64,000 bases of DNA, from positions 496,001 through 560,000 of the forward strand of contig NC_092672.1 of the NCBI RefSeq assembly GCF_964355755.1, written 5' to 3'. Both the position numbers and the translations under genes were made by a program. Source of the stretch: Antedon mediterranea. Its lineage: Eukaryota > Animalia > Echinodermata. A model generated the notes under the pieces. It was not told where the DNA came from. It worked only from the letters and a program-made list of their open reading frames with translations, and ran no database searches. Positions 50,710 to 64,000 of this stretch are shown one piece after another; position 1 is the stretch's first letter, and each line of letters starts with the position of its first letter.

Positions 50710-52784
50710 TCATGTTTTGCGAAGGCGATAGTACTCATCCTCTTCATCACTTAGGTAGTGTGCTGTATGGTGCTTACTGGAACTGCGGGACAGTTCATAT
50801 CCATCGCTGCCGTCCCAGCGTTCGTACAAAAGGATGTTTAACGTTTCTTCTAAAATTCTAGCTTCAGGAAACTCAACCTTTAAAAAGAAGCAAAAAATAA
50901 AATTTAGAATTCAATAATAATTTCTTCTTTTACAAAGTGTATATTTAATTATGAAAACCACTACTGGTATGTATTGTTGGTTGGAAACACTAACTTCATT
51001 CTCTACAGAAGAGATAACCATGTTAAAACTTTAAATTAAAATGCTGCTTCTTAGGCCTACTAGAATATTATTTAATACAAAAATATATGACATTCAAACA
51101 TAAAGATACAAGAGGATTCTTAAAAGTAAAAATTCTCAAACAGATTTAAAAAAAGAGACAACATGCATATTGGAAAACAAACTTCCCTGTGTTTTTGGGA
51201 GTGTACAAATATTTGTGATGTGTTCCTCCTTACCTTTGTCTGCTTTCTTTCACTTGTATACACAATAGATGTACAACTGATTTCTGCAACTTTCTTATTA
51301 TGTCCATAAAATGTCCAACAACAAATTTCCTCACTTCTTCCTGTCACATCTTTGACGAATACCACCCGACCGTTGAACCGTAACGACAACTTATCAAACA
51401 TTTCTATGTTTTTTAATATGTTATCATCTGAGTTACTAAAAAGAAAATGTACAGATGAATATATAGTTAGTAAGCAATAGAATGTTGACATTTTAGCTTG
51501 AGTCTTTTATTTATCAAGATGAATTAGAACTTTGATGAAGCTGGATTTATGTATATACATCATTAAAAAGTAAAATATAAATTTGATGATTTCGTTTCTT
51601 ACCTTGTATACGAATATTTATTATTTTGCCTGTTGTACAACAGTTTAACGATAGGCTGAAATGACAAAAATTAAAACTAATTTGATTGAAATATTAATCA
51701 GTACATATTATTTGTATAATTTCTTTTGTGCTTATATCGCTGACAAATATATATGTAAATTGAAGGGATTTCAGAATCCATTTTAGAATGACATGGCTAT
51801 TGAATTGCTTAGTTTCAACTTCAGGCCTTGTCTTTTAACACACTCCTAAACTGCTCTTGAGGAGTGCTATTTACAACATGCCTTAATTTGGTAAACTTTT
51901 ACACACAAAAATACAAACAGCACACCTTCAGCACCCCTGAATGTATTGAGGAGTGCAATTTGTAGCACACCTATGATTTTCAAAAGACAAGGCCTGCAAC
52001 TTACTTTACAGGATGATGATATCAGCTTCTGAGCCTCCCTCGGTGAAGTGACAACCGGTACCCTACATATAGGCTCATACTCGTCATCTTTTCTTCGTCT
52101 CAATGTCCGTGCACAGTTATCAACTAGTCCTTGTACTAAGTAATATTTAGCCTCGCACAGCAGTTCTTCGATATCTCTTGTTGATTCCGGTAAAGGGGCT
52201 TGGCCATCTCGTAGATAGTTTAGAATGACACCAAAGTGTTTGCCACTTCTGTCTATCAAAATCCAACCTGAAACATGATGTCAAATAAATCCAAAATGCA
52301 ATAATTATGCCATGTTATTATTGTTAACATTAAAAAGTTCAATTTAGTAGTACAGACAACATATATATTACATTAACAATTACATTAATTGTCATTTAAC
52401 AAATTTTACTTTATTATATTAGCCTACTAATATTATATAGGCCTATTCGTATTGCTTAAACAACATTTTTAATCCAAAAAAAGAAAATATTATTGAATAC
52501 AAATTACAAATACCTTCTGAATCTGTAAGAACCTCCATCCGGCCACTAAACATAGCACGTAACATGTTATCTTCTTTGGTCAGGGTATCAATGGTTGTGT
52601 AATGCAGAGAGCCACCAACATTTAGCTTCACATACTTACTAGGAGCACCCTTCACACGGCGACTAGTTGCAGGGGAACAGGTCGACGAGTGGCCTACCGA
52701 GCTCGTTGCGGTTAGGCCTGGAAGTGAAATCGTACTGCCAGTCGCTGATGTACAACTCGCCATTGGGACTGCTTCGGCCGACAT
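50710..52784 (-). CDS. KCTD10: BTB/POZ adaptor of the KCTD10/KCTD13/TNFAIP1 (BACURD) family, ~318 aa
   Basis: Exons 52784-52514, 52267-52005, 51655-51603, 51435-51234, 50877-50710. [43 protein letters not shown]. Confidence 0.95.
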
Positions 52785-53909
52785 ACCGAATTAAAAGCAA
52801 AATTCTAGCTAACCTACGTCTTTAAGGAAAAGCTGGACTACCTAAATGAACTAGAAATCGTTTATTGTGGCATTTAATTTGCCATAAATTCACGGTGACA
52901 AATATAAACCTTTTCCGACTTCCATATTTTCATCGATGATAAATTTTGGAAACACCCAAAAACGTTGGTGGCGCTATAAACAATAATTAAAACAAAAGTG
53001 TACACGCCTTTTTGTATTGTAATGATTCACCATCGGAAGTAAAGTAAATAATCTTATCTTAATAATTTAATTATTATTACAACAAATCTATTAATAGATT
53101 TGTTATAAACATATAAATTAAAACGCAACCACAAGCTAGACCATTAAAAAGAGTCCAAGGAAGGACACAAGATGAGCCAGAGTGCTTGACAGAATAAAAT
53201 AATTGAATTGAGATTAAGATAAAAGAATGCCATATCCAAAAAAAAAATTATTAAAATAAAAAAAAAACAAGAATTAATTAATATTTACATAAACATATAA
53301 TAATATTGTTACAAATTTTAAGGTTTTTCGAAAGAAAGCAGAAAGATTAAAGCATATTTTATATTAAGTCAAAGAGGATTTATTTCAGTTATAAAGTACA
53401 TATTGTATCAAACTTGTCATTTTAACTGTCTATAGAAATATTAAATACAAATTTAGTATTAAAATATGTGCGTATATAAATTGTATAATAAACAGCTATT
53501 AAAAATGTTCTGAAAGATTAAACTTATATAAAGTTACACATATAAATATAATAAATAAGTGAAAATGTTTAAAGAATGTTGTGTCATACATATTGCATAT
53601 TTTTTTGATAAAATATTCGGTAAAATAACATGATAATTTCCCTAAAAAATGATAAGTTTACATCATAATTGGCTCAGAATTTTACAAATTATTATACAGT
53701 TGGGGCAGTGGTTTCAACCAAACAATTTGGTGGGCTTTTCTTCTACTTAATTGCATGTTAGCAGCATGGAAAACATTAAATTGCATTTTAAAAACACAGT
53801 TAAAAAAAGCATCACATATTATAATTTTTGGTCTGGACAATGATTTTCAGAATCCCCTCATCAACATTATATAATTCTGCTTGATGAAGTGATCTCTTTT
53901 AAATATATG

Positions 53910-54034
53910 ATACAATGGACTCTCCCAATACCAGACACCTTTGACCTGACATAATATGTCTGGTTTTATGGAAAGTCCGGTATTTGGAGAGTTTCCAGTT
54001 TTCAAAGAGTCCGGTATTGGGAGAGTTGACTGTA
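53910..54034. mobile_element. Small Tc1/mariner-like MITE
   Basis: actctcccaatacc ... ggtattgggagagt inverted repeat with TA flanks. Confidence 0.6.
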
Positions 54035-54097
54035 TATTGTTAATTTGCATATCAAATGTATTATGTGTTACAATATCAAATGTTAAACTAAAACTGT

Positions 54098-57000
54098 TTA
54101 ATCATTGTGCTTTGTACCGTAACCATTGACAGCACTGAATTCACTTTGTTTGGAAGTAGTTACCATCTGATCTGATTTTAATCTCGATTTCACCATCCTC
54201 ATACCCGCCTTCATTATCAAATAAAACCATCCTAACTGAATAAGTAAAAAGAATAAGTTTCCTAAATTACAATGCCATGGAATTGATGTGAACGCTTCTA
54301 GAAAACTAATCTGTTTGTACGCTGAATAAGAGTAATACATAAAAGGAAAAATTAAAAGACGAAAAACTATGAACGTTGAAAGCAGCAAAATGTTGACTAA
54401 TGTGTATAATCTTGTGTTCTCCTTTTGAATCTGAAATTTAAATATGAAATTCAGTTTGAATTTAGATAAATAAGTTTTTGGTACTAATAATCTAAGTACA
54501 GTATGACTCAATTACAAATGGTGTATTCAATTTGAATCTGTTGTACTCTACAGAAAATCTGTTCTTTTACTACTGTAGTAAGTTAAACACATATAAAGGT
54601 CAATGTACAGACAAGTGTTAACAGTGATTGGTAAATGGTAAGTGGAAAACAGGCTGTATTCAGGTGTGGAGTGAGGATGTCCTAATATCCTCACAATGAA
54701 TTAACATGACGTAGTTTGGTTGTCTATCATCACAAATCAAAAACTCCCTAGTATTTCTAAAAATTCTTATAAAACATAAATTTAAATTGTAATTAATAAA
54801 AATTACCTTTTTCATTAGTGCTCTTGCATTAAAAAATGGTGTAGTTGTCTCGGATAACAAGTAGCATGCTAAAAAGAAGTCTCCAAGTCCTTTTCTAAAA
54901 TACTGAAATACAGGAAATAAGAATGGGTTCTTAGTAAGTGCTTACAGTTGAGTTAATTAATATAGTTTGGCACAGTGTTTGTCTAAAGTCAAAGTAAAAT
55001 ATATTCATCCTTAAAAGAAAATTGGATTGAGATATAAATAAACATATAACATTCAATTTCTTTCTGGCTGTTTTATTTTATCGTTTTGATTTAGCTTTTT
55101 GCTTATTTTATTTTATACTTACTAATATAACTGGAGGACCACAAAGAACAATGAGAATATGGTGGTAAACAAATATCCCTCTGGCATTCACAAATTTTCT
55201 CACTCCTGTCCAGTATGGTAATCTTAAAATTTCCAATTTAGAATGTCGATACACGATAAACATTGTATAAATATCGTAGGTGAAGTAAGCTGTGTTTATG
55301 ACACTGTATGGCTCAACCAACCACCATCTGTTGAACAATTAATTTAAATTAACATATTAAATTAAATAAACATAACATATATAAATATAAAAATAACCTA
55401 TTATTATATTATTACCTAGTGATTGTAGTCTAACATTCTCAATAAATTATGCTTTTGCATTAAGCTCTGTCTACACTATCAGTATCAAACTAGTTTGACA
55501 ACAAAAGTGTGATGTGCCCAAATATGGTAGGGATATGTCCAGATATGGTAGTGATATGACATCTGCCAATCTGTGTTCCTGGAAATTTAATTTGATATAT
55601 AATACAGTTACAGTATATGGCACTAATAGAAGGTGTGGCCAGATCAACGGATGTTCTGTCTTCTTGGTAACAAAAAACTAGAATGACCTACCTGTCATGA
55701 ATGACATCTTGTTTGCAAAATACAACAGCAGTCAAACCAATGATAGATGCAAGTATGCCTTGCAGGATGCATACTAGCCTAAATAAAATTAAAACAACAC
55801 CGTGTTAAAACAATCAATTTAATACAGTCAGTAGTTTCAATGATTGTCAGACGATCGGGTCTATTTCAATACGATTGTATGTGGTAACCCATTTGAATGG
55901 TTGAGTGTCACAGTCATGCAAAATAATAAGATGGCAAAATAAAAAAAATAGGAGGCCTCTCAGACCAGACTTCCCAACTCTATCGATATTTTGTGTCATC
56001 ATCCGCTACAACATGGCTAAAAAATACAATTTCTCAAGATTTTTGGAATAAACATAAAATATATCCAATTTAGAGCCTACTTTCTATGACCTCTAGGCTG
56101 TAAATGGATAAGAATTAAGGGGTTTATTAAAAGGATAGGCTTTATTCGGTCCACAATATTAAAAAGATCGTTTAAATTCATGAATTGATTAAATAATATA
56201 GTGAAATATTGAGTTGGTAACTGATTTTCCTGCCTTTGATACATCATTATTAATATACCATCATGTTTACTATTAAAGACCCCTTCCCTGCAATTTTGGA
56301 CGTTTTTTGGAAAATAATACATATATATCACTTTAAAAACATTAAACCATGTCATTCCTTGTCTTAAATGTACGTTTTATGGTAAATTATGATAAAAAGT
56401 GAGAAACAATGCACTACCTAAGTAGCTCGCGGCGATCGACCTCTCGTGGACGGTCTTAGGCTTAGTTTTTTAGGCCTAGCTGGTAAACATCGGTAACGTA
56501 CGAACATCGTACGCTAGCTATATACCTAGCCTGACGTTGTATAGTTGCTGCATTAATTGTCTTTCTATTTTTGCCAGACTCCGTTGATACAAATTGGGGA
56601 AAACCCGATATTTTCGCTGAAAAGTTAGGAGTTTTCCATTTGCTTTGGCCTCACGATCGATCGAAAAGTGGGCGAATTACAGGTGAAAAACAAAAATATC
56701 AATCCGCGCGCAATGCATTTTGGGATTTATAGCGGGCCGCTATAATGATTAAAATCGACTTATTTTTCACATTTTTAACCGTTTAAAGACGAAAAAAGTT
56801 ATCGCAATAGGACCATATAGTATTATTTTTAAATTAAATATAGTTTGTGATCTTAAATTAGATCTAAAAAACGTAGGGAATGGGGCTTTAATATTATACT
56901 ATAGATTCCAACATATGTCGTATTCGATTTAGACTTTCACCGTTGGCGTTGAGTACAGATTTTCCATTGAGTACTTCTTTAAACGGAGTATTTTGAGCGT

Positions 57001-57459
57001 TGAGATTGTTCTTAACGAAAAACCTTTCGTTGTCAACGTTTTCTATTCGAATGACTTTCTGTTAAGCACAAATTTACAATTCGAATACAAAAAGTACTCA
57101 ACGAATCTTTACGTTGACAACGAAAGTTCCCAATCGAATACGACAATTGTCAATTCTATTGACTTCTATTTTTTAATAGCGTCCTCTATGGTTCCTCAAT
57201 TAGTACAACATACACCTGACCTATTTTTTTAAACAGGCGAATACGTGTGTCTCGCCCTGAACGTGATTTACGGTAGGCCCCAACACACAGCAAGCCTAGG
57301 AAGGCTGAGAAAAGGAAACAACACAAACCTATTTGCAACTTCGGTTGTAACACCTTCTGAATTTTCAAACTTTCTTGTGTAAGGTCGTAAGATATTGCAA
57401 AACAAACCAAATAGTAAAAAGAAAAGCACTAAAGATGATATAAACAAATTCAAAAGCAT
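54098..57459 (-). CDS. TLCD3: TLC-domain membrane protein, TLCD3/FAM57-like, ~283 aa
   Basis: Exons 57459-57329, 55778-55692, 55327-55123, 54902-54807, 54430-54098 in phase. YFTYDIY, YHH, RKGLGDFF, ETTTPF, RLLIFPFMY, IPWHCN motifs. Confidence 0.9.
56277..56887 (-). mobile_element. Kolobok-like MITE, copy 2 (TLCD3 intron 1)
   Basis: Reverse complement of 45386-46011, TTAA on both sides. Confidence 0.85.
56916..57144. mobile_element. MITE-like inverted repeat element
   Basis: tgtcgtattcgatt ... aatcgaatacgaca ends. Confidence 0.6.
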
Positions 57460-57717
57460 TTTCTCTCTCGGCAGTCGATCGACGACCAAAACAGAAGTCG
57501 AGCGAGGGCTTGTTGGCGCCCTCTACAATTCTTAATAATAACAACAACCAGCCAAACACACATCAACATTGACATCCAAAAAGCAGATAGCTGCATGTTT
57601 CTGTAGATAAGAGCATGTCACTCCACCACCAGGACATCAGCAATAATATGTGTGTACTGCAAGCACGAGACTTACCTAGTAGTAGTAGTACTTGGGAGCT
57701 ACAGTGACATTTTAACC
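57460..57717. promoter_or_regulatory. Bidirectional promoter region TLCD3 / TUBD1
   Basis: Divergent start codons only 258 bp apart. Confidence 0.65.
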
Positions 57718-59431
57718 ATGTCCATAGTTACTGTTCAAATTGGACAATGTGGCAACCAAGTTGGTCTGGAGTTGTTCAACACTGTAATGGAAGATGTGAG
57801 CAGTGACTCTACCAAACATTCCACCTTCAATGACCAAACACTCACAAGGTTCTTTGATGTCCCAGAGAGCAGCAAAGAGAAAAGACCGGTTGCTAGAGCA
57901 GTCCTTGTCGACATGGAAACCAAAGTGATTCAGAATATGTATGAGGCATCAGAAAAGTCTGGCCGATGGAAATATGGAAACCATCAGTATTTTTGCCAGA
58001 AGCGAGGCTCTGGTAATAACTGGGCAAATGGATTTTCTGTACATGGACCCAAGGCTGAGGAAAGTGTTTTAAACATTGTGCGGCGGGAAGTTGAGAAATG
58101 TGACAGGTTAACAGGTATGACAACTGTATATTGTGTAAACACTCACCTAAACTTAGTGAAGACTTTAGTAAAAACAATGAAGATTTTTTTTTTTTTTCAG
58201 GCTTCTTGAATCTGATGAGTCTTGCAGGTGGTACTGGATCAGGCGTGGGTACCAGATTAACACAGAGTCTCAGAGACAACTATCCACAAAACTTCATTTT
58301 AAACCAAGTTGTGTGGCCTCATAGTAGTGGAGAAGTCTGTCTCCAAAACTACAACACTGTATTGTCACTGTCCCATTTGTACAAATCATGTGATGCAATA
58401 CTTCTTCTAACCAATGACAACCTGAATAAGATCTGTTCACAACTTCTTGGGATTAAAAATGTTGGGTTTAAAGACATGAACAAGGTCATAGGTCACCAAC
58501 TTGCGTCAGCTTTTCAACCAGCATATGTGCATGGTCAAACACTATGGTCATCTGTTGAGGAAACCTTTGAACATTTGGTAGCACATCCAGAATATAAACT
58601 TGTAACATCAAGGTGTGTTCCACAAACTTCTGAACGATCGATGGAGTTTAGTACGTACAATTGGCCAAGTCTGTTGAAGTACTTACGACAGATGTTGATT
58701 GTTGATTCCTACATGGACGAAGGTATATGTCATCTGCTGTCATAAACACACACTTTATTTTGTAGTCTGCCATGCACCAGTCTAGTAATTTCATGGGAAT
58801 CATTGCTATAAAGCAGAGAAAAAGTACATTTTAAAATTTTGCTAATCAAACTGAATTTAGTCTAGAAATATTTTGTATTTGTATGCTTTGCTATACAATT
58901 TTATGTGGAGTAGTAAAGCAGATTTGTATAGCTTTTTTTAAGGTTCAATTGCAGTAGGTGTGAAAAGTATTCATACTGTAAATTTTAACCCTATTATTAC
59001 AGCACACTTTGTTTATTTTTATAGGTGTTAATTGGCACGTTAAGGTACCACCTGCATCTTCCAACCAATCAGCATCCAACTACATCAAGTCCATTAGTAA
59101 TCAACTCATCCTTCGAGGAAAAGATGTCACGCTGGCAGACTGCCAACATTTCAAAGACACCGCTTTATATGCAAACTGGATCCACCCAGACTCCGCCATG
59201 TCGGTTCTCTCACACCATCATCAATTCCTTAAGTACGAGAAGTCTGCAACTTTGCTAAGTAACTGTCAGTCCCCGGTAAAACCTTTAGGGAAGTGTCTGG
59301 ATAAAGGCTGGCAGATGTTTGCGATGAGGGCGTATGTTCATTGGTACACTAGATATGGCATGATGGAGGAAGACTTCATTGACTCATTTGCTTCTCTGAA
59401 ACAGGTGCATCATAGTTATGCAAATATTTGA
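57718..59431 (+). CDS. TUBD1: Delta-tubulin, ~441 aa
   Basis: Exons 57718-58114, 58201-58722, 59025-59431. MSIVTVQIGQCGNQVG, ARAVLVDMETKVI, GSGNNWANG, MSLAGGTGSG, RAYVHWY. Confidence 0.96.
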
Positions 59432-61884
59432 TGTCTCTCATTGAAAATGTAAATATCTGAAAGTAATTGTAATAACTGTATGCAGTAATATAATAAAATA
59501 AGCAAATACAGTAAAATGTAAATATCTGAAAGTAATTGTAATAATGATTAATAATCAAATATAAAAACAAAGACTTGTTAGACTTTACTATATTCATGTT
59601 ACATTTATTTCATATTCAAATTTTTATTTACAATACATTAAATATACATTTTCCGATCTAATTTGCACATTTTACGCATTCTAACTATAATTCTGAGCTG
59701 GTACAAGAAATGGGCAAGGGTTATTGGTAGTTCTGTTGGTGTTATTGTTAGTTTTTTTATTATTTGATAGCATTGCACTGAGTGTAACTGATAAATTAGG
59801 ACTGCATTTGTTTTGTATTTAGAGTCAGATTTTCTTTGTGCATTTTCTACCATCCATGACATGGACCTCAACTGTTTTACATATTCCTAATATGGGCCTC
59901 AACTGTTTTACATAATCTTTATGTATAGGCGTAATAGTTTTAAATATTCTTATAGTAATGGAATGGTGGTTATCAACAATATTACAATAGGGTTACCAAT
60001 TTAATAGTTATATAACAGACAAAACATTCTTGCTTATTTTTAATAATAATCATATATTTGAGTTGTTTTTTTATCCAATACAATTGTTTTCTTTATTTAA
60101 TATGGTACTTAATTTGATCAACTATCGTAATGCTCATAAATGCTTTTTAATGATTTTTGTGTTTGTTTGAGATACTAGGGTAAAGCACATTTACAACACC
60201 AAAATATTTTCTTTTTTGTTGATCTAAAATATTACTACTAATATATACTCCATCTTACAACAACCGAGTAAACATTTTACTTTTTATTATTACAGTATTA
60301 GTGTATTTATTATTACAGTATTAGTGTATTTATTATGAATGTTATTTGTTCTTATTGCTTTATTTTATCTCTTTTGTTATTGTAAAGTGTTTTCAAATTC
60401 GTCCCACTAGCTTCATTTATTACTAGCTTCATTTATTATACTAGCTTCATTTCAATCAAATATCTTAGAATTTTATTGTTGCCTCAAATATCATGAGAGA
60501 CGCTACATTAAATAGAAATCAGAGTATACAATGTATTAATTCTCTCAACGCTCCATAAAAGGGTAGAGCAGTCCCCTTTGTGGTCTCTCCACTTAATTAG
60601 ATTAGACCCTCTAAATTCTATCACTTTGCAGTAGAATATTACCAGGGATATGAATATTCAGTACACATGATCCAATCTAGACAACTACCTTGCTTACCAA
60701 ATACGTGGAAGACATATTCATACAAAACAAGATTCTATAAACTTATTCTAAGCATGGAGGTATAACCATGTACTAAGTATACATCCTTTACACTTTGACA
60801 TGGTACTTAGGTCATATTTAATTATTTCAGCGTTAAACTAATGATCAATAGTTACGGCGCAATATAAGTTGACAGAACTAAGTGGGTTACGGTTACACAC
60901 CACAACACAATTATTATTGTTTGATAAAAAATGACTGGGGTAATAATGTGAAGCACTTCAATGCTTTGGGCATTTATGTAAGACCAACATATTATTACAC
61001 AAGCCAAACTAAGTTTAGAAAGCATGGATTAAGTTCTCATCTTTCAAGCTAATTTGCATAACAGATATTATATATAAAATGATAGATATTAAAAAACATG
61101 CAATTAAAATGTCCAAAGAAATATAAAATAAAATCTTAACTTTTAGTATATTTTTATAGCACATACAAATAATTGTGACCAATATCATATTTCATTGTAG
61201 TACCATAATATATTATACACTACCTATATATAAAATAAACTGATATATTGGGGTAATTTCTTCAAATATTTAATATTTAACAATCATTTCATAAGGTTTA
61301 TCGCAAATAGCTTGATTTCGCCAAAAACGATATGCGGTATAAAAAAAAGTATAACTGAATTTGTAAACTTCTTAAAAACATAATTAAGGGTAAGATACAA
61401 TACATATAATATAACTTTTTTTAGATTATTTTTAATAGAAATATTTGGTAATGAACATTTAAGGAATGACTATAAAGAAAGTTTAACTAGCAACTGAGAC
61501 CTACTGCAGCAACTAAATGCATCATTTACTGCAGTAGTCTCTATTATATACTGGTACAAAATATACATTTTGGTATATTATGAAAAGAGGGCTCCAGCAT
61601 GGTGGGGTTCAGGTGGTTTTACCATCAATCAGCACCCATGTCCCTTCCCTACATGCACCATTGACTTGTTTACTATGGGCAGCCATTTGTGCCAAAATGC
61701 TCCAGCTACTGTATTAAATCAGCAAAATAATATGGTTTTGAAATCACTTATTATTACTCATATTAATTATATTTCACAATTCTGTTTTATATTTGTGAAA
61801 CAAAAGACATTTCAGATTGATTGTATTTTCTGAAAAGTATACAAGTTAAAATACTGCAGTAACTGCAGTAGAATAGTTGACTGG

Positions 61885-62714
61885 TCAAGAATCTGGTGCT
61901 GATGGAAATCCAACGCCAGTATTATGAGTTTGCATGTTGACATCTTTAATAATCATCTGGGCTACTTTCCAAGCCATGTCTTCTTTTGTCTACAGAAAGA
62001 GAAAACAAATTAGTCAATTTGCAACATAAAAATAAATAATTATTTTACTGTGTTCGAAATAGTTAGAAACAATAAATCTATGTTACACACCTTATCTTCT
62101 TCTTTGGTTACTAGTTTCCGTAAAGAAAATTTCCCTACAAAAAAACCAAAATGAGTTTTGTTTAAATTTCCATAAATCAAACACCATGTTGTCACATACA
62201 GTTTGATAGTGTGAACAGAGTTTAGATACCTTTTGCCTTGTGTTGTGCGACCTCTGGATCAGGTTCATATTCTGCTACAAATTGTCCCAAAGAATTCACA
62301 GTACCAAAGCTCATAGGCCTACAAGAAAAAACAAGATTAAATTGATGAGTTGACTTTCTTTTATTGTTCTAAAAATGAATACAAAATGTTCTAGTAATAA
62401 ACTATTAAGAACAATAATTGTAAAAGTGTGTCTACTAACGATTGGTTTGGCCTTGTCCACAAAGAGCTTGGGTTCAAAACTCCCGAGTCTATTGTAAAAT
62501 CATTCATTTCAAATAAAGTCTTCACTTTCCCTTCTGCTAATAAAGTATTCTTATTAGCTGATTGGTCAGTAGTTGACTGGCCTGCTCCACTTGTGTTGGA
62601 GGGGTGTGTGCTAGTATCTGATGAAGGAACTTTAATTTCACTCTTAATTTGGTTTACTAATTCAGATAAGAACAGGTAGTATAAATCACTTGTGAGAAAG
62701 CCAGGAAAATGAAC
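61885..62714 (-). CDS. AKAP10: A-kinase anchor protein 10 (D-AKAP2), last four coding exons; 5' part beyond window
   Basis: Exons 62714-62440, 62318-62230, 62134-62091, 61989-61885. FPGFLTSDLYY (RGS end), MSFGTVNSLGQFVAEYEPDP, EDMAWKVAQMIIKDV (PKA-binding helix). Confidence 0.9.
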
Positions 62715-63087
62715 CTATGAAAAAATCAATTAATAAAATTCACTTGAGAAAAAAATCGAACAAGATCAAATCAATGCTTTGGTAATAATTTGTACCTTCT
62801 ATCTGTAGATAAATTTTTCTTTCTTCATAATTTTGTGTATTTAATTTTTTTATTTCATTTAAAAACACATCCAACAGCAAGAAGCCAATTAGTTTTACAG
62901 GATGCCTTATATTATAAAACAATATAAAACAACAAAGCAGAAATATTTAAATGTCATATAAAATATCATAATACTTATAGAAATCATTACAAGAATGATA
63001 ATATTTATATAAATACATAGATTAAAGGTGTTTCATTGAAAAGTGGAGTCTCTTGGAATACTAATAAGGAGTATTTCCTCTCTATAG

Positions 63088-64000
63088 AATCAGCAAGCAA
63101 AAATTATTAATGTACGTAAATGGTCTCCTGAAGCCGAGGAAGCCCTGATAGCGGAATTTGAATCTACCGATTGGGATATTTTTACGGAGGATGAAGATTT
63201 GAATAGTATTACTTATGCAGTGAGCTCGTACATAAACTTTTGTATTGATAAATGCGTTCCAGTTAAAAAAGTGAAAATCTACCCTAACAACAAGCCATGG
63301 ATCACGAAAGGCGTTAAATTACTGTTGTGTGAGAAACGTAAAGCCTTTAAGATGGGCGACTCTAATCGTATGAAAATATTGACTAGAGAGATTAAATCTG
63401 AAATAATGAAACAGAAGAACATTTATAGGAAAAAAGTTGAACATAACTTCAGGTCTAATAATATGAAACAAGTTTGGCAGGGTATGAAACTTATGAGTGG
63501 TTACACAAACGGTGGTAATACACCCACCTCGATTCCGAATGTTACTGTGCAATATGTTAATGAGTTAAATGAATTTTATAACCGTTTTAATGTTCATGAT
63601 TTTAAAAAAGAAAGAGAGGCTCTATTTAGCTTGTGTCGGGTGACTGAAGATGATCCCAAATTTAGTATAAGCATTTCTGATGTACATAACGAATTCATGA
63701 AACTCAATTCATCGAAGGCTGCTGGGCCGGATAGAATCCCACCACGAGTACTTAAGGTCTGCTCTCCTCACCTTGATGGTATATTTACATTTATTTTCAA
63801 TATGTGTCTTTCTTATCATGCGTTCCCGGATATTTGGAAACTTTCATGCATAATACCGGTACCTAAGAAACCTAAGATTAACTGCATGAATGATTTGAGA
63901 CCCGTTGCACTCACGTCTGTCGCGATGAAAATATTGGAACGTATTATTTTAAAAATTATGCAACCTTATGCTGAAAAAGTGTTAGACCCGTTGCAATTTG
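63088..64000 (+). mobile_element. 5'-truncated Rex1/Babar-like LINE ORF2, in AKAP10 intron, running off window
   Basis: Frame reads WSPE..FESTDWDIF..SYINFC..YPNNKPWIT..KAAGPD..IIPVPKK..NDLRPVALTSVAMKILER. Confidence 0.9.

Noticed and set aside
57652-57717. N-terminal extension of delta-tubulin in the ORF track
   Set aside because: Starts at a non-ATG codon; conserved start MSIVTVQ is at 57718.

Overview
AT-rich animal genomic DNA with spliceosomal introns; an invertebrate deuterostome such as an echinoderm is my inference from gene content, not something shown. Left ~41 kb is a repeat-rich accessory region holding a small family of single-coding-exon, three-Ig-domain type I membrane receptors: a disrupted copy present twice in a near-identical 4.6-kb tandem duplication, a 437-aa receptor whose tail is an acidic minisatellite with a 4-nt frameshift, and a 599-aa receptor whose tail carries an ITIM-like motif plus a PHD finger and coiled coil resembling CR1/L2 LINE ORF1p. 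That last architecture is the most unusual thing in the window. Around them are LINE fragments, a Penelope remnant with two minimal hammerhead ribozymes, a tRNA-bearing repeat in (TA)n, many MITEs/HINEs and satellites. Right ~23 kb is a compact conserved block: XBP1 (20-nt IRE1 intron, XBP1u arrest-peptide homologue, near-ERSE), an intronless Renilla-luciferase/haloalkane-dehalogenase-like gene, KCTD10/13/TNFAIP1-like, TLCD3/FAM57-like, delta-tubulin and the 3' end of AKAP10. Gene models and family calls were made by eye and from recalled motifs; no searches were run.
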